Assembly: GCA_964215955.1 (NCBI GenBank)
Contig: CAXPDR010000029.1
Coordinates: forward strand, 1,073-65,072
DNA from: Flavobacteriaceae bacterium
GTDB lineage: Bacteria > Bdellovibrionota > Bacteriovoracia > Bacteriovoracales > Bacteriovoracaceae
Reading direction: 5' to 3'
DNA: 64,000 nucleotides
Shown here: positions 27,501 to 36,696 of the stretch, one piece after another
Layout of the letters: every line of letters starts with the position of its first letter
Position numbering within the stretch: the stretch's first letter is position 1
The notes under the pieces: model-generated
Database searches by the model: none
Seen by the model: the letters and a program-made list of their open reading frames with translations, nothing else
What the model was told of the DNA's origin: nothing
Program-made: the position numbers and the translations under genes

Positions 27501-27585
27501 CATAGGCTAACGGTCCAAGACATAGCTCAAAAATAATGAGTAAGTTTAAAACTTGAAAAATACTTTTTAATTTTGCTCTAAGCAT
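24538..27585 (-). CDS. large secreted helical/coiled-coil protein, unknown function
   Basis: 1,015-aa ORF with a signal peptide (LLIIFELCLGPLAYGQA). The composition is long, heptad-like and rich in K/E/Q/N, with scattered Cys pairs. It is the first gene downstream of a sigma-28-type promoter. Confidence 0.6.
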   Translation of the reverse strand: MLRAKLKSIFQVLNLLIIFELCLGPLAYGQAQQDVSRKESMWTTGARYLGYFTNALTAGVSGYMQTANNGNINQYKESLRSHVSLAGQIVDPQQVPGVFRGCIVLPARPNSLSDGMKCSNTDHQQLAGGYAAALMELAEENLNELENYTTKGHETKTSQGLTCYDEAIKNANTQLLAREEQIRAYQKNLKKLLDDFQVKAEPIVATVKATSALLDGGKDFDKYHKDGKFSQLLLGNKDPNNTCGSLTDGAELQKLGKSGGLRSIQDNMYNKINDNSRGMSGQSLLTRSKQIEKEIDQLANNITSDMSNRNSISPDKDGVVYRGKLFPKKNPALAQILKNFESEQKSKQQKLMTQYNIAEVTSGSDSSNTLGRYLASVQKKDNPTSYKDLLKKLDQYELDQKNACLTGDYITKKMGGIEKFSRQFKNPRINLKGQDNAYAGIISRALASGGTIDDMIKAVEKEEAKERFKNYVFIPNQSIILENKTIPASVPMRASSYLSIFKDQCERKFNSRNPSNPSGYSQAQAVNELKKYSMEMTNLRKVAASSLNSTIKEELKTCNWDTTTGVASKSCDGALNINGQNFCLRTATKCASNMKACYSQVNSVFTAVKTEQYNATNAYNTEVKKLVKDLKSEMNALNMELERQSRSIDAQMDLGGIFRTPHLKFQLSKKSYLKGIDESLMMEDPEAYLNALVSDSNEMIKAMAKQRSEYFGSNGKGGSVAAQKATYLNNYKNNKSYWKGVIADCNQALNGVAEAQSQQAQQESEMNENLNRACGSLQAFNVDPDKVDTEELATELGKVIQLAAANPMNPNASAQDKAAIAQIRSWDSKCEISDDTLPLMKGEKSQYISAESFCNNSSAKELFESGEKTCNKYEELAKLDGKFCDEEKIKEAIDTQKICYDKPNFVKCTTENKDSVTEVTASNYSSFINKNLLKELGMSECSAKPNNYDDLLEKYEEQLKAYAAAYNCKKQRERAGQISVAVCNSVNANGVGKDIYGATFQQLGNVWGQSMGLSQ

Positions 27586-27612
27586 TCATTATCCCTTTAC
27601 AATCTCTTAGAC

Positions 27613-27639
27613 TTATCGGCTCTAACTGGGTGAAATTTA
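27613..27639 (-). promoter_or_regulatory. sigma-28 (FliA)-type promoter, TAAA-N15-GCCGATAA
   Basis: The minus strand reads TAAAtttcacccagttagaGCCGATAA. The -10 box ends 27 nt upstream of ATG 27585, with an AAAGGGA SD in between. Confidence 0.65.
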
Positions 27640-27793
27640 ACATTTAGCTAAATAAATCTTTCTTCTTTTATTATAAATTCTGGACTCAATTACTCAAAAT
27701 TAACCAAGATTTGTCCATCGAACACTTGGCATTTTGTGTCAATTAGTTAAACTAAATATATGGAATTATTTGATTTTTTATTAAAGGCACATA

Positions 27794-30244
27794 GTGTTTA
27801 AGAATATTATAAAAAATAAGAAGCTGGCTGAAAATAATGGCAGTGAGGATTCTAACCCATTGAAAAATGATGGGCTCGATCAAGTTGCGTATATTACAAT
27901 AACTCATGGTTCTAGTAGTTTATCTCACGAAATAGGGAATAAATTAACTATTGGCTCTGAGATTGGTGAGTTCATTTGTAAGTTCGATGGAATTGCCAGT
28001 AGACATTGTACTATCTTAAAAAATAATGAAGTCTTTTGCTTTATAGATCATGGAAGCGAGGAAGGAACTTTTTTAGATGGAAAACGTTTAGATGCTGGTA
28101 AAACTATTTTCTATTCAGAAGGAGATAGTATTAAATTTGGACCTAATAGGGCCATGATTGAATACAAATCAGTACCTGCTGATGATGCTTTAAAATTAGA
28201 TGAGTTTGAGGGTGAAGAATTTTCTGGAGAAATGGAAGAGCTACCAGCTACGCCGGTTGGAGAGAGTACAGTTGTACGAAACTTCAAAGAGCTTAGCCAT
28301 ATGTTGGAAGAGGCTGAAGCAGCTGAAACAAAAGAGGAGAGTGTATCAGATGATCCAGTTTTCAATAAGGCTGAAGGTTCTGATGGAACATTCAATCTTG
28401 ATGAAGCTTTAAATCAAAAAGAAAATCCTAAAAAAATAGATTTTGAGAATTATCGTCCTGATCTTTCAAATGTTGATGTTGAAGAGTTAGAAGTTGATGA
28501 AAGCATTTTGCAAGAAAGATTAAAGAAAACTTCAAAGCTCAGTAAGGTAAAAAGTAATAGTAAAACTAAAACCCGAAAAGGACTTAATAAGCCTATTCCT
28601 AGAAATAAAAAAGGTAAGAAGTTTAAATCGGTTGTGGTACCTGCAGCTAATACTCTTCAAAGATTAATGGCCATTGTTATTGATTCATTAGTGGCCTTAT
28701 CTATTTATAATGTTTTTTATGTTTTCGTAGATTTTAAAAAGTTTTTTGACGGCCTGCCTGGTTTATTTGGAATTATATTTAATCCAGTTTATGAGAATTT
28801 ATTTAAAAATCATGTGGAGAAATATGTATTGTCAGATGCTCAAGTTGAAGGATTTATAACTTCGATTTTATTGCATCCAAGTTTGAATTTAATTCTTTCC
28901 TTTATTCTTTTTATATATCTTATAAGGTGGTCAACAACCATTATTTTGGGGACAAGTATTGGCCAGAGGCTTATTGGGTTAGGTAGTGAAGAAGGACCTC
29001 TTAAAAAACGTATAAATGGATTTTTAAGAGAACTTTTAGGGTTTTTCTTAGCACCATTTATTCTTTTTGATTTACCTGCTTTATTTGGAAAGAGAACTTT
29101 AAAAGAATTAGTTACAAGGACGAGGATTTCTACTCCTGGAGTCTTTGTCTCTATGTTCTTATCTATGATCTTGATTCCATTTCTTGGTATCTTATTTATG
29201 ATTAGTCCCTTGATCAAAGGTTTAGAGACTTTGTCTCCAGTCATTACAAAGAAATCTCAATCTATTGGAAAACCATGGATGTATAAGGAACCTGTTTATG
29301 CCAGTAGTTTGAAAATCAAATATGAAGAATCATCCGAAATTGTCGATTTACCATTTTTCGAGATAGAACTACGAGATAATAAGAGGTTTTTGACTTCAGG
29401 GATAACTTATTTAGATCTTAAAACAGGCTCCTATTTGAATTTAAAAAAAGTAAAAGAATTTTCCATGTTCTCTGTTTTAAAAGAATATATCGACTTAAAT
29501 TATTTTAGTCGTTTTTTTGAGCCTTACCTGTATAAACGAATAAGGGAAATGGGTTCAACTACAGACTCCTTTAAGCGTGTTAGTGATAAACTTTCTAAGT
29601 CTTTAATTGAAGATCTAAATGGAGTTTTTCTTAATGCTTATGAGTTGGATGCAAGACGACTTGTTTCTCATATTGTAAGTGCTGGACCAATGTTGGCCGG
29701 TCATCGTGATTTTAGAGAGAAGTTGGATACAGTTTTAGAGAAACAGGTTAATTGGATAAGTGCTACTAAGCTTGGAGGAGTGTCGGGAATCTTGTTTGCT
29801 TTAAATATTCCAGAGGGAGAACAATACGCTTTTATCCCACACAGTGTTAGTAAATCAAGGGTTTATGTATTTTCTGAAGATCCGATGGACGCCAGATCTC
29901 AAAGACTATTTCATCCATTGAACTTTGCAGGTGATGGCAAAGATATCATTGAATCTGCTACTGGCCAATTTATCGCTGGATTTAAAAAAGATATTAATTA
30001 TGAAAATTTTGAAATCGCTCAAAAGGTATTTGAAAAATATTTTAATACGGCCAGGTACTTGATTGAAAAAAATAATATTAGCGGAGTCATTAATCTTCAA
30101 AATAATTTACAAAGACTACTTCAGATGTTGAAAGAAAATAAAAAAAGAAATGTGAAGCTTTATTTAAACCTTAATGAACTTCAACAAGCTATTAAGAAAC
30201 GTGATTACAACTACCTTCAGATTCAGAACACAAGGACTATTTAA
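27794..30244 (+). CDS. FHA-domain / RDD-domain multi-pass membrane protein
   Basis: N-terminal FHA pattern (LTIGSE...ASRHCTILKNNEVFCFIDHGSEEGTFLDGKRL). An acidic then Lys-rich linker follows, then an RDD-like TM region (RLMAIVIDSLVALSIYNVF...) and a large C-terminal domain. Confidence 0.7.
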   Translation: MFKNIIKNKKLAENNGSEDSNPLKNDGLDQVAYITITHGSSSLSHEIGNKLTIGSEIGEFICKFDGIASRHCTILKNNEVFCFIDHGSEEGTFLDGKRLDAGKTIFYSEGDSIKFGPNRAMIEYKSVPADDALKLDEFEGEEFSGEMEELPATPVGESTVVRNFKELSHMLEEAEAAETKEESVSDDPVFNKAEGSDGTFNLDEALNQKENPKKIDFENYRPDLSNVDVEELEVDESILQERLKKTSKLSKVKSNSKTKTRKGLNKPIPRNKKGKKFKSVVVPAANTLQRLMAIVIDSLVALSIYNVFYVFVDFKKFFDGLPGLFGIIFNPVYENLFKNHVEKYVLSDAQVEGFITSILLHPSLNLILSFILFIYLIRWSTTIILGTSIGQRLIGLGSEEGPLKKRINGFLRELLGFFLAPFILFDLPALFGKRTLKELVTRTRISTPGVFVSMFLSMILIPFLGILFMISPLIKGLETLSPVITKKSQSIGKPWMYKEPVYASSLKIKYEESSEIVDLPFFEIELRDNKRFLTSGITYLDLKTGSYLNLKKVKEFSMFSVLKEYIDLNYFSRFFEPYLYKRIREMGSTTDSFKRVSDKLSKSLIEDLNGVFLNAYELDARRLVSHIVSAGPMLAGHRDFREKLDTVLEKQVNWISATKLGGVSGILFALNIPEGEQYAFIPHSVSKSRVYVFSEDPMDARSQRLFHPLNFAGDGKDIIESATGQFIAGFKKDINYENFEIAQKVFEKYFNTARYLIEKNNISGVINLQNNLQRLLQMLKENKKRNVKLYLNLNELQQAIKKRDYNYLQIQNTRTI

Positions 30245-31051
30245 ATGGACATATATTGGGCCCTCTTTTATGGATTTATCCAGGGTATTTCAGAATTTTT
30301 ACCTATCAGCTCTAGTGGTCATTTAGCTTTAATTCCTTTTTTTGCAAAATTGGAAGATCCTGGCGTGGTATTTGATCTCCTTATGCATTTAGGGACGGCG
30401 ATTGCTGTTATTTTATACTTTCATAAAGAAGTTAAAAGATTAGTCGTTGAATGTTTTGAATTATTTTTTAAGAGGAACTTAGAGGGGACTATATTTTTAC
30501 AGAACTTTGCTATAGCGACGGGCTTTTCTTTTCTTCTTATTCTTTTAATAAAAAACATTGCGTTTGCTTATGGACGTAATCCTATTTTTATTGGAATAAA
30601 CTTTATCGTTTTTGGCCTTCTTATGTACCTTTCAGATAGAAAAAAGAATAGTGGACTGGATTTGACCCAGCAAAAGGGATTTAAATCTGCAATTATAGTT
30701 GGGTTATCTCAAAGCTTAGCGGTCTTTCCAGGTGTTAGTCGTTCTGGAATTACCTTAACGACATCTAGGTATTTAGGGATGAGTAGGGTGGAGGCAAGTA
30801 GGTTTTCTTTTCTCCTATCTCTACCAGTTATTTTAGGAAGTATCGTTTTTAAGGTGCCAGAAATTGTTTCAGGTGAGGCGACTTTTGTTCCTATGTCTAT
30901 TGTTGTGATTGGAGTGTTATCATCATTTTTCTTTGGGATTATTACTATTCATTTTTTCTTGAAAACAATTTCTAAGATCGGACTTAAGTACTTTAGTATT
31001 TATCGGCTAATTATAGGTTCAATTCTTATTTTTTTAGCAATTTCTAAATAA
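30245..31051 (+). CDS. uppP: undecaprenyl-diphosphate phosphatase
   Basis: BacA/UppP motifs QGISEFLPISSSGHL and PGVSRSGITLT; 8-TM profile. Its ATG directly abuts the upstream stop codon. Confidence 0.9.
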   Translation: MDIYWALFYGFIQGISEFLPISSSGHLALIPFFAKLEDPGVVFDLLMHLGTAIAVILYFHKEVKRLVVECFELFFKRNLEGTIFLQNFAIATGFSFLLILLIKNIAFAYGRNPIFIGINFIVFGLLMYLSDRKKNSGLDLTQQKGFKSAIIVGLSQSLAVFPGVSRSGITLTTSRYLGMSRVEASRFSFLLSLPVILGSIVFKVPEIVSGEATFVPMSIVVIGVLSSFFFGIITIHFFLKTISKIGLKYFSIYRLIIGSILIFLAISK

Positions 31052-31061
31052 CTAAAAGTTA

Positions 31062-34000
31062 TTATTCACCTATTGCACTAGATCCACCACCAGTACCACC
31101 TGAGCCACCGCTTGATCCACCAGAACTACTTCCACCACCACATGGATCAGTTGGTTCTTCATAATCAGATGGAACACAGTAAACGTGATTATTCCACTTT
31201 AAACCTGCTTTGTATCTAGAAACAATTCCATCGACATCAACATCATCATCAAGTGTTTCAAGGTAGGCCCATCTTCTTGTTTTTGAACAAGCGTCTGGAG
31301 CTTTGTTATCATAGTCAATTGGAATATGAAGTCTATTTATGACTGAACCGTATACGGCCTTACCTGAACAACACATTGTTGAGGCCATTTTCAAAACCGT
31401 TTCTTTCTTAATATAACCAGTCGTTGGATCTATTTCACTCTCTTTAATTTCTTGTCCATTAAAGTAAGCACCTTCACTAGAAACATATCTATTGGTGTAG
31501 ACAGAAAGGTCAGTAAAGTCCTCAAGGCAACATCTAGCAACTCCATCAACTGAATTTACAGTTCCTGTACAGCAAGAACTGGCCGGAGTTGTCTGATCAA
31601 CTTCGAATCCTGTAGGAACACAACAATTAAATTCATTCTCAGAAAAGACTTTCTTTAATTTTCCACTTCCTATTTCAAAATTGTCATATGAAGCGGCAGA
31701 GTAGTATTGAGTTCCGCCATATGTTGCATCCACGACACCAGTGGTGTTCACATCTTTAATTGTATTATCTAGTGGTAATTTTAGCGCTTTAATGTCCTCT
31801 TGATCTTCATTAAGTGGCTTTTCAACGTCATTATTGGTTTCAATTAGGACCTGTGGAATTCCTAATAATTCAAACTTTCCAAACCAATTAAGGTATTTAA
31901 GTTCCTCATCTGATCCTTCGGCAATGTTTTTTACTTCACAATCTGTTGTGACATAATCATTAAGGTTACAAGTATATTGCATCACCAATGGATTATAATC
32001 AGGGATGACATTTGCTGCTGGTACTTTATTAGGGTTCCAGCTAAGAGGTCTAAATGTTTCCAATGAAATATTTTGTTGAGTAGAGGCCGTAAACTTATTA
32101 CCACCATTATTGGCATTTGAACCTGTAGCAAATTTTCTTACCCAGTGACCTGTACAACACATTCTTTGGTTGTGTAAATGAAGAGTATTATACTTTTTAA
32201 TATTATTATCCGTAAGCGCCAATGGACTTGATGGTTGAGGAGCAGCAGAGATCATTGCTGGATATCTACTAGGCTCGTCAATTAATTTATCGTATACGGT
32301 ATGAGTTCGACTATATCTTGTAGGGTCGTTATAGTTGAGATTAACACCAGGTAGGAGAGGATTACCAACTGCATTCACAACTTTAAAAGAAGAGTTCTCA
32401 TGGGGTTGAGAGTAATATGTAAATTCTTTCCCAGTTTCTCTACAACAGTGATTTTCATAAGTTTCATATAGTGGGTTAGGGTAAATTGAGTTTGTTTGGT
32501 ATCTTTGTTGTGAATTACCACAAACTAATTCTTCTTCCCAAAACTTCTCTTCTGCTTCAGAAATTTCGCCGTTGAAGTTAGAAACTGATTTAAATTTTGT
32601 CGAAATGAAATTATTTGGAGCACATTCAAAGTCAGAAAAACATTTTGCACCTGGAGCTCTTAAGCAGGTATTTTTATGATACCCCATTTTTGTGACTTGA
32701 GTGTCTTCATCATTAAAAAGATTTGCATTACTTAAAGAGTCTAAAATAAGTGAATTGGTTGAAAGATTTGCTCTATTTGCATATTGATTATGTTTACTCG
32801 ATGGCAGGGAAATATCTTGAAAATGAGTATATTCACCTTCTGCATCTGTAGCTGGGCAGGCTGCAAAGTAGTTTTGATCCTTAATTATGGTAGAGGACAT
32901 TGTCCTTCCTACGTTATTAATTTTATCCGCCTCTCTTGGGGAAATATTCGTAAAATTCATATTTTCAGTGCTAGTAATATTATCAGCATCTTTTCCTGGG
33001 ACACATAAACCTTTTATTTTGGTTGAATTAAAATGGTTTTTTATACTGGTCACTATACTTTCATTGCCATAGTAATTATAAGGTCGTCCTAGGTTTCTAG
33101 CACCAAGACCAAAGGTATCAGTCTTATCACTGATAAAACTTTGGATATTTTGACCAGTAGGGCTTTCTGCATATCTAGAAATTTTATTATTAAATTCAGA
33201 CTCTGTTACGCCTGCACAAAAAGAGTTGTGCGAACAGGTATGAAGTGCAACATTGTTAGAGTTCGTATATGAGTCAGATGAATCTACGTTAAAGTTATTT
33301 TTCTCACAAATAGCACCTACTCCACGATAGACACATCTTTTGGCTTGGCCATTGCTTCCTCCTAGTAAGGAGAGCAGTGAAACTTGTCTACTTCCGCTAA
33401 CTTCTTTCCCGTTGGTATCAAAAGTTGGCCATGGAGTCGTAAGATTGGAAACATTTTGGCATGTATAATCATAGCCCATTTGAGCGATACAATCATTATC
33501 TGTTTGGCAGAAATGGGCCCTCTGGCATTCAGCACCATCACTATCAGAATCATGGGTTATCAGAGATCCTGAATTGAGGATGGCATTCATTTCATTTATT
33601 TTGACTTCATAGGTATTAGAGATGGTTAGATCCCCAAAATAGGCATTAATGGCCAGATAAAGCTTATTGGATTCCGCTTTTATTCGTCTTTGGTTTCCAA
33701 TTGCAAACCATTTTACACCATCAAATGAACCAATAAGTGAGGCGTAATCAAAACCATACCAATCTTTATTATAACCATTAGCAAAAAGAAAGTGTTGGGC
33801 TTTAAGACGATTTTGTCTTTGTAAATTTACATCTGGGTTTACGACATGAGTCCACGGAATCATGGTCGCCGGTACGAAACAGGCCCTACCAAATCTTAAG
33901 TCATCAGCTCGGTAATCTCCTTGATTGGTTCTTCTTCTTGATTCAACCAAGTCTGGGGTATACCCAGCACCATGTTCTTGAAAAATATTTGGAAATACTC

Positions 34001-36146
34001 TTTGTAATCCAGAAAAATAATCAACACCACAATTTAAACATGAAGAGAAAGCCCCTGAGTCTACAAATATATCGTAACTTGTACCTTTCTTAACGTTAAC
34101 AACTTTAGGTGGAAGAGGTGAGGATGCATCAATATTCATAGATCCATAAATTTCATTAAAACCAACATGTGTATCTACATTGTTTGGTTTTAAATAGTTC
34201 CCATCCGTATACTCAAAAGCTGTACCTTCTTGAGCATTATTAGAAGGAACATCTCCTAAATCATAATTGAGTCCATTAATATCATAAAATTTTTGAGGAA
34301 CAGATTTAGCACTGACATAAACTGTTTCTTGAAGTGGTGCATCTGGATCATTCCTACTTGGATATACGCAAGAATAACTAGTAATCTTATCTTCTCCGTT
34401 AGTGTTTGTGATTACTGGTTTTAAGGAGCATGGATCTTCATTTGGATCACATTTACAATGCTCATCAATTTTAGCCTGAGCTTTCTCTTTTGATAGAGTT
34501 AGTTTATCTACATTTGCCGAAACAAAATAAGTAATGGTTATTTCTTGATTATCGTACACAGGGAATCTGAGAGCATCAAATAAAACGCTCTTTCCAGATA
34601 ATGACCACGTATCACTTCCTTCAGGAATAATACTTCCCCCCACATCTACAATGACGTTAAAACCAACATCGGCATAGCTTGGAAGTTTGAATTCTTGATT
34701 TCCCGACTGATGATCACTAGAGCGGCCAGGATTAGAAACTTGACCTTGTACGTAGAATTTCTTACAACGTGCTAGACTTGATCCTAACTTTTCACAAGTT
34801 CCATCGATTTTATATTTAACTGACATCGTATCATTCACAGCGTTTACAGGAAGTGCTCTATTGATACTTGCTGATTGAGCAGCTGTTAAGCTGTCATTAT
34901 TTCCACCTATCGCAACTCCAGAGTAAGGAGCAACATAAGTATCATTTGAGTAAAACCTTTCTTTAAAGATCGTTTCTCCAGCATAGGTTATTTCAACGAT
35001 ATTGTTTGGATTTGTACTTGGAACTATTGAAGAAAAATTAATATCATCTGTTTCTGCTTTAAAAGTATATGCACTTCCATTCATTAAACTGGAAGCATTA
35101 GTATAGTTATTTGTACATATAGCAAATTCATCAACTAATGGAGTTGTACAATTATAAAGGTCAGTGAGTTCTGTAAATAAGTCTGTTGCATCTTGAATGG
35201 GATCATTTGGCTCATTTGGATCAGTATTGTCATTATCATCAGATGGAATCAAATTAGGGCAGACATAAAAAATATCTTCGTAATCCTTTAATAACTCTGG
35301 TCTTGTTTGCAAAAGTTCTAAAGCTATAAGGTATTTATCACTTGTTGTATCAACTTCTGATCTCACATTCCCATGATTAACACATTGACCTGCAAGACAG
35401 CAGTTAAATCCAATAGCACTACAATTTGCATTGGTACTACAAACAGGAGATGTCTCAGTTGAAGATCCAATATTAGGAATTCTATTTAAATTTAAAAAAT
35501 TAATATTGGCATCAGTTTTTAGAATTCCCTCATAGGTATAAAGATTTAATCCCGTTGAGGAAATATTTCCGTTACAATTAGGGCAAACTTCTTCAAGACT
35601 AAAGGACGCACTTTGTTGTGAGAAATCTGAATCCACCTTACTTAGAAGTGAAGTGGATAGACAATCATTTTGATTGATTGTTTTATTATTTGGTTCCACT
35701 TGTAAGAAGTATTCTTTCCCTCCAATCGATGCATTCAAATAAGATCTAATTCTCGCTGAAGCAATGAGAATTGGTTTTGCTCCAGAGCCAGTTAAACCTT
35801 TAAATTCAACAACCAAACAGTAATTAGTTTGAGATGATATTGTTTGAGTTTTTAAAAAACTCATAAGCTGATTTCCACGAATGAGAAAAGAGTCATTGAA
35901 ATTGCTAAAAACATTTATGGTTGTCGTAGATTGTTCACTTCCTAGCTGCAAGAAATTAGTTTGTTGGGGAAGGGTTCCAGTTTGAATTTCTTCACCTGTT
36001 GTGTTGTCAGTTGATCCAGAACCTGTATTATTATTTTCTGTCACAGGTATACTTTGTCTTACCTGCTCATTGGATAAACATCCGCTTAGAATTAAAATTC
36101 CTAGGATGTTAAATAGAAAAATTTTAAGCTGTTTAAATATTCTCAT
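31062..36146 (-). CDS. giant cysteine-rich surface lipoprotein, unknown family
   Basis: 1,694-aa ORF with lipobox LILSGCLS. It has many Cys clusters including CC doublets (NCCLAGQC, HCCRETG, RMCCTGHW, FNCCVPTG, SSCCTG, ARCCLEDF, TMCCSG) and a Gly/Ser-rich C-terminal tail. Confidence 0.7.
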   Translation of the reverse strand: MRIFKQLKIFLFNILGILILSGCLSNEQVRQSIPVTENNNTGSGSTDNTTGEEIQTGTLPQQTNFLQLGSEQSTTTINVFSNFNDSFLIRGNQLMSFLKTQTISSQTNYCLVVEFKGLTGSGAKPILIASARIRSYLNASIGGKEYFLQVEPNNKTINQNDCLSTSLLSKVDSDFSQQSASFSLEEVCPNCNGNISSTGLNLYTYEGILKTDANINFLNLNRIPNIGSSTETSPVCSTNANCSAIGFNCCLAGQCVNHGNVRSEVDTTSDKYLIALELLQTRPELLKDYEDIFYVCPNLIPSDDNDNTDPNEPNDPIQDATDLFTELTDLYNCTTPLVDEFAICTNNYTNASSLMNGSAYTFKAETDDINFSSIVPSTNPNNIVEITYAGETIFKERFYSNDTYVAPYSGVAIGGNNDSLTAAQSASINRALPVNAVNDTMSVKYKIDGTCEKLGSSLARCKKFYVQGQVSNPGRSSDHQSGNQEFKLPSYADVGFNVIVDVGGSIIPEGSDTWSLSGKSVLFDALRFPVYDNQEITITYFVSANVDKLTLSKEKAQAKIDEHCKCDPNEDPCSLKPVITNTNGEDKITSYSCVYPSRNDPDAPLQETVYVSAKSVPQKFYDINGLNYDLGDVPSNNAQEGTAFEYTDGNYLKPNNVDTHVGFNEIYGSMNIDASSPLPPKVVNVKKGTSYDIFVDSGAFSSCLNCGVDYFSGLQRVFPNIFQEHGAGYTPDLVESRRRTNQGDYRADDLRFGRACFVPATMIPWTHVVNPDVNLQRQNRLKAQHFLFANGYNKDWYGFDYASLIGSFDGVKWFAIGNQRRIKAESNKLYLAINAYFGDLTISNTYEVKINEMNAILNSGSLITHDSDSDGAECQRAHFCQTDNDCIAQMGYDYTCQNVSNLTTPWPTFDTNGKEVSGSRQVSLLSLLGGSNGQAKRCVYRGVGAICEKNNFNVDSSDSYTNSNNVALHTCSHNSFCAGVTESEFNNKISRYAESPTGQNIQSFISDKTDTFGLGARNLGRPYNYYGNESIVTSIKNHFNSTKIKGLCVPGKDADNITSTENMNFTNISPREADKINNVGRTMSSTIIKDQNYFAACPATDAEGEYTHFQDISLPSSKHNQYANRANLSTNSLILDSLSNANLFNDEDTQVTKMGYHKNTCLRAPGAKCFSDFECAPNNFISTKFKSVSNFNGEISEAEEKFWEEELVCGNSQQRYQTNSIYPNPLYETYENHCCRETGKEFTYYSQPHENSSFKVVNAVGNPLLPGVNLNYNDPTRYSRTHTVYDKLIDEPSRYPAMISAAPQPSSPLALTDNNIKKYNTLHLHNQRMCCTGHWVRKFATGSNANNGGNKFTASTQQNISLETFRPLSWNPNKVPAANVIPDYNPLVMQYTCNLNDYVTTDCEVKNIAEGSDEELKYLNWFGKFELLGIPQVLIETNNDVEKPLNEDQEDIKALKLPLDNTIKDVNTTGVVDATYGGTQYYSAASYDNFEIGSGKLKKVFSENEFNCCVPTGFEVDQTTPASSCCTGTVNSVDGVARCCLEDFTDLSVYTNRYVSSEGAYFNGQEIKESEIDPTTGYIKKETVLKMASTMCCSGKAVYGSVINRLHIPIDYDNKAPDACSKTRRWAYLETLDDDVDVDGIVSRYKAGLKWNNHVYCVPSDYEEPTDPCGGGSSSGGSSGGSGGTGGGSSAIGE

Positions 36147-36379
36147 CTCTATTGTCTTTTCGTCTATTTAGGTGCCTCTTCTTAATAAATTATCCCATAG
36201 ACAGAGGCTTTTACTCTGAATTTGGCTTATCTGGTTGAAATCTTAAGGAAGCTTAAAAACAGGGCTGCAATATTTGCCTACAATTTTGGCCGGATAAACC
36301 GATACAAGTTATAGAAATTCTTATGCATAAATTTCAATGTTAGAATGAAATTACTATGATTTTAGATACGGGAGTAAGC

Positions 36380-36682
36380 ATGAAAAAAATTATCTTTTGT
36401 TTAAGTCTTGTAGGAGCAATGAGTTTTACAAGTGCTTTTGCTCAGAGCCAAGCTGACGTTATGCAGGCTTTAGAACAAATGGAAAAAAGTGGAATGTTTA
36501 CTAAAGAACAGATAGAAGGGGCTAAAAGAGAGCTGGCTGGTTGGGATGATGAGAAAATGATGAATATGGTTCAAAATGCCCGTATGCGTGCTAAGGATCC
36601 TGAAGTAAGAAAAAAGGCGATGGAAATTAAAAAGCAAATGGAAAAAGAAAAGGGAGTTGTTTTTCCTGAGACAGGTCGATGA
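36380..36682 (+). CDS. small secreted helical protein
   Basis: ATG 36380 follows a GGGAG SD. Signal peptide MKKIIFCLSLVGAMSFTSAFA. The mature part is about 80 aa and charged/helical. Confidence 0.55.
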   Translation: MKKIIFCLSLVGAMSFTSAFAQSQADVMQALEQMEKSGMFTKEQIEGAKRELAGWDDEKMMNMVQNARMRAKDPEVRKKAMEIKKQMEKEKGVVFPETGR

Positions 36683-36696
36683 AATTAACCAACCTA

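Noticed and set aside
27724-27740. TGGCAT-containing sequences at 27724-27740 and at 40701-40714, considered as sigma-54 -24/-12 promoters.
   Set aside because: The -12 GC element is missing at the required 10-nt spacing in both.
31000-31007. Exact GCCGATAA on the minus strand inside uppP, plus TCCGATAA at 36957-36964 on the plus strand inside GLUG paralog 2.
   Set aside because: Both are inside coding sequence and antisense to the gene. Neither has a TAAA -35 at the right spacing. About one chance occurrence of the octamer is expected in a window of this size.
36289-36305. GCCGGATAAACCGATAC upstream of the small secreted gene 36380, considered as a degenerate sigma-28 -10.
   Set aside because: There is an extra base within the box and no correctly spaced TAAA; the nearest is about 31 nt away.
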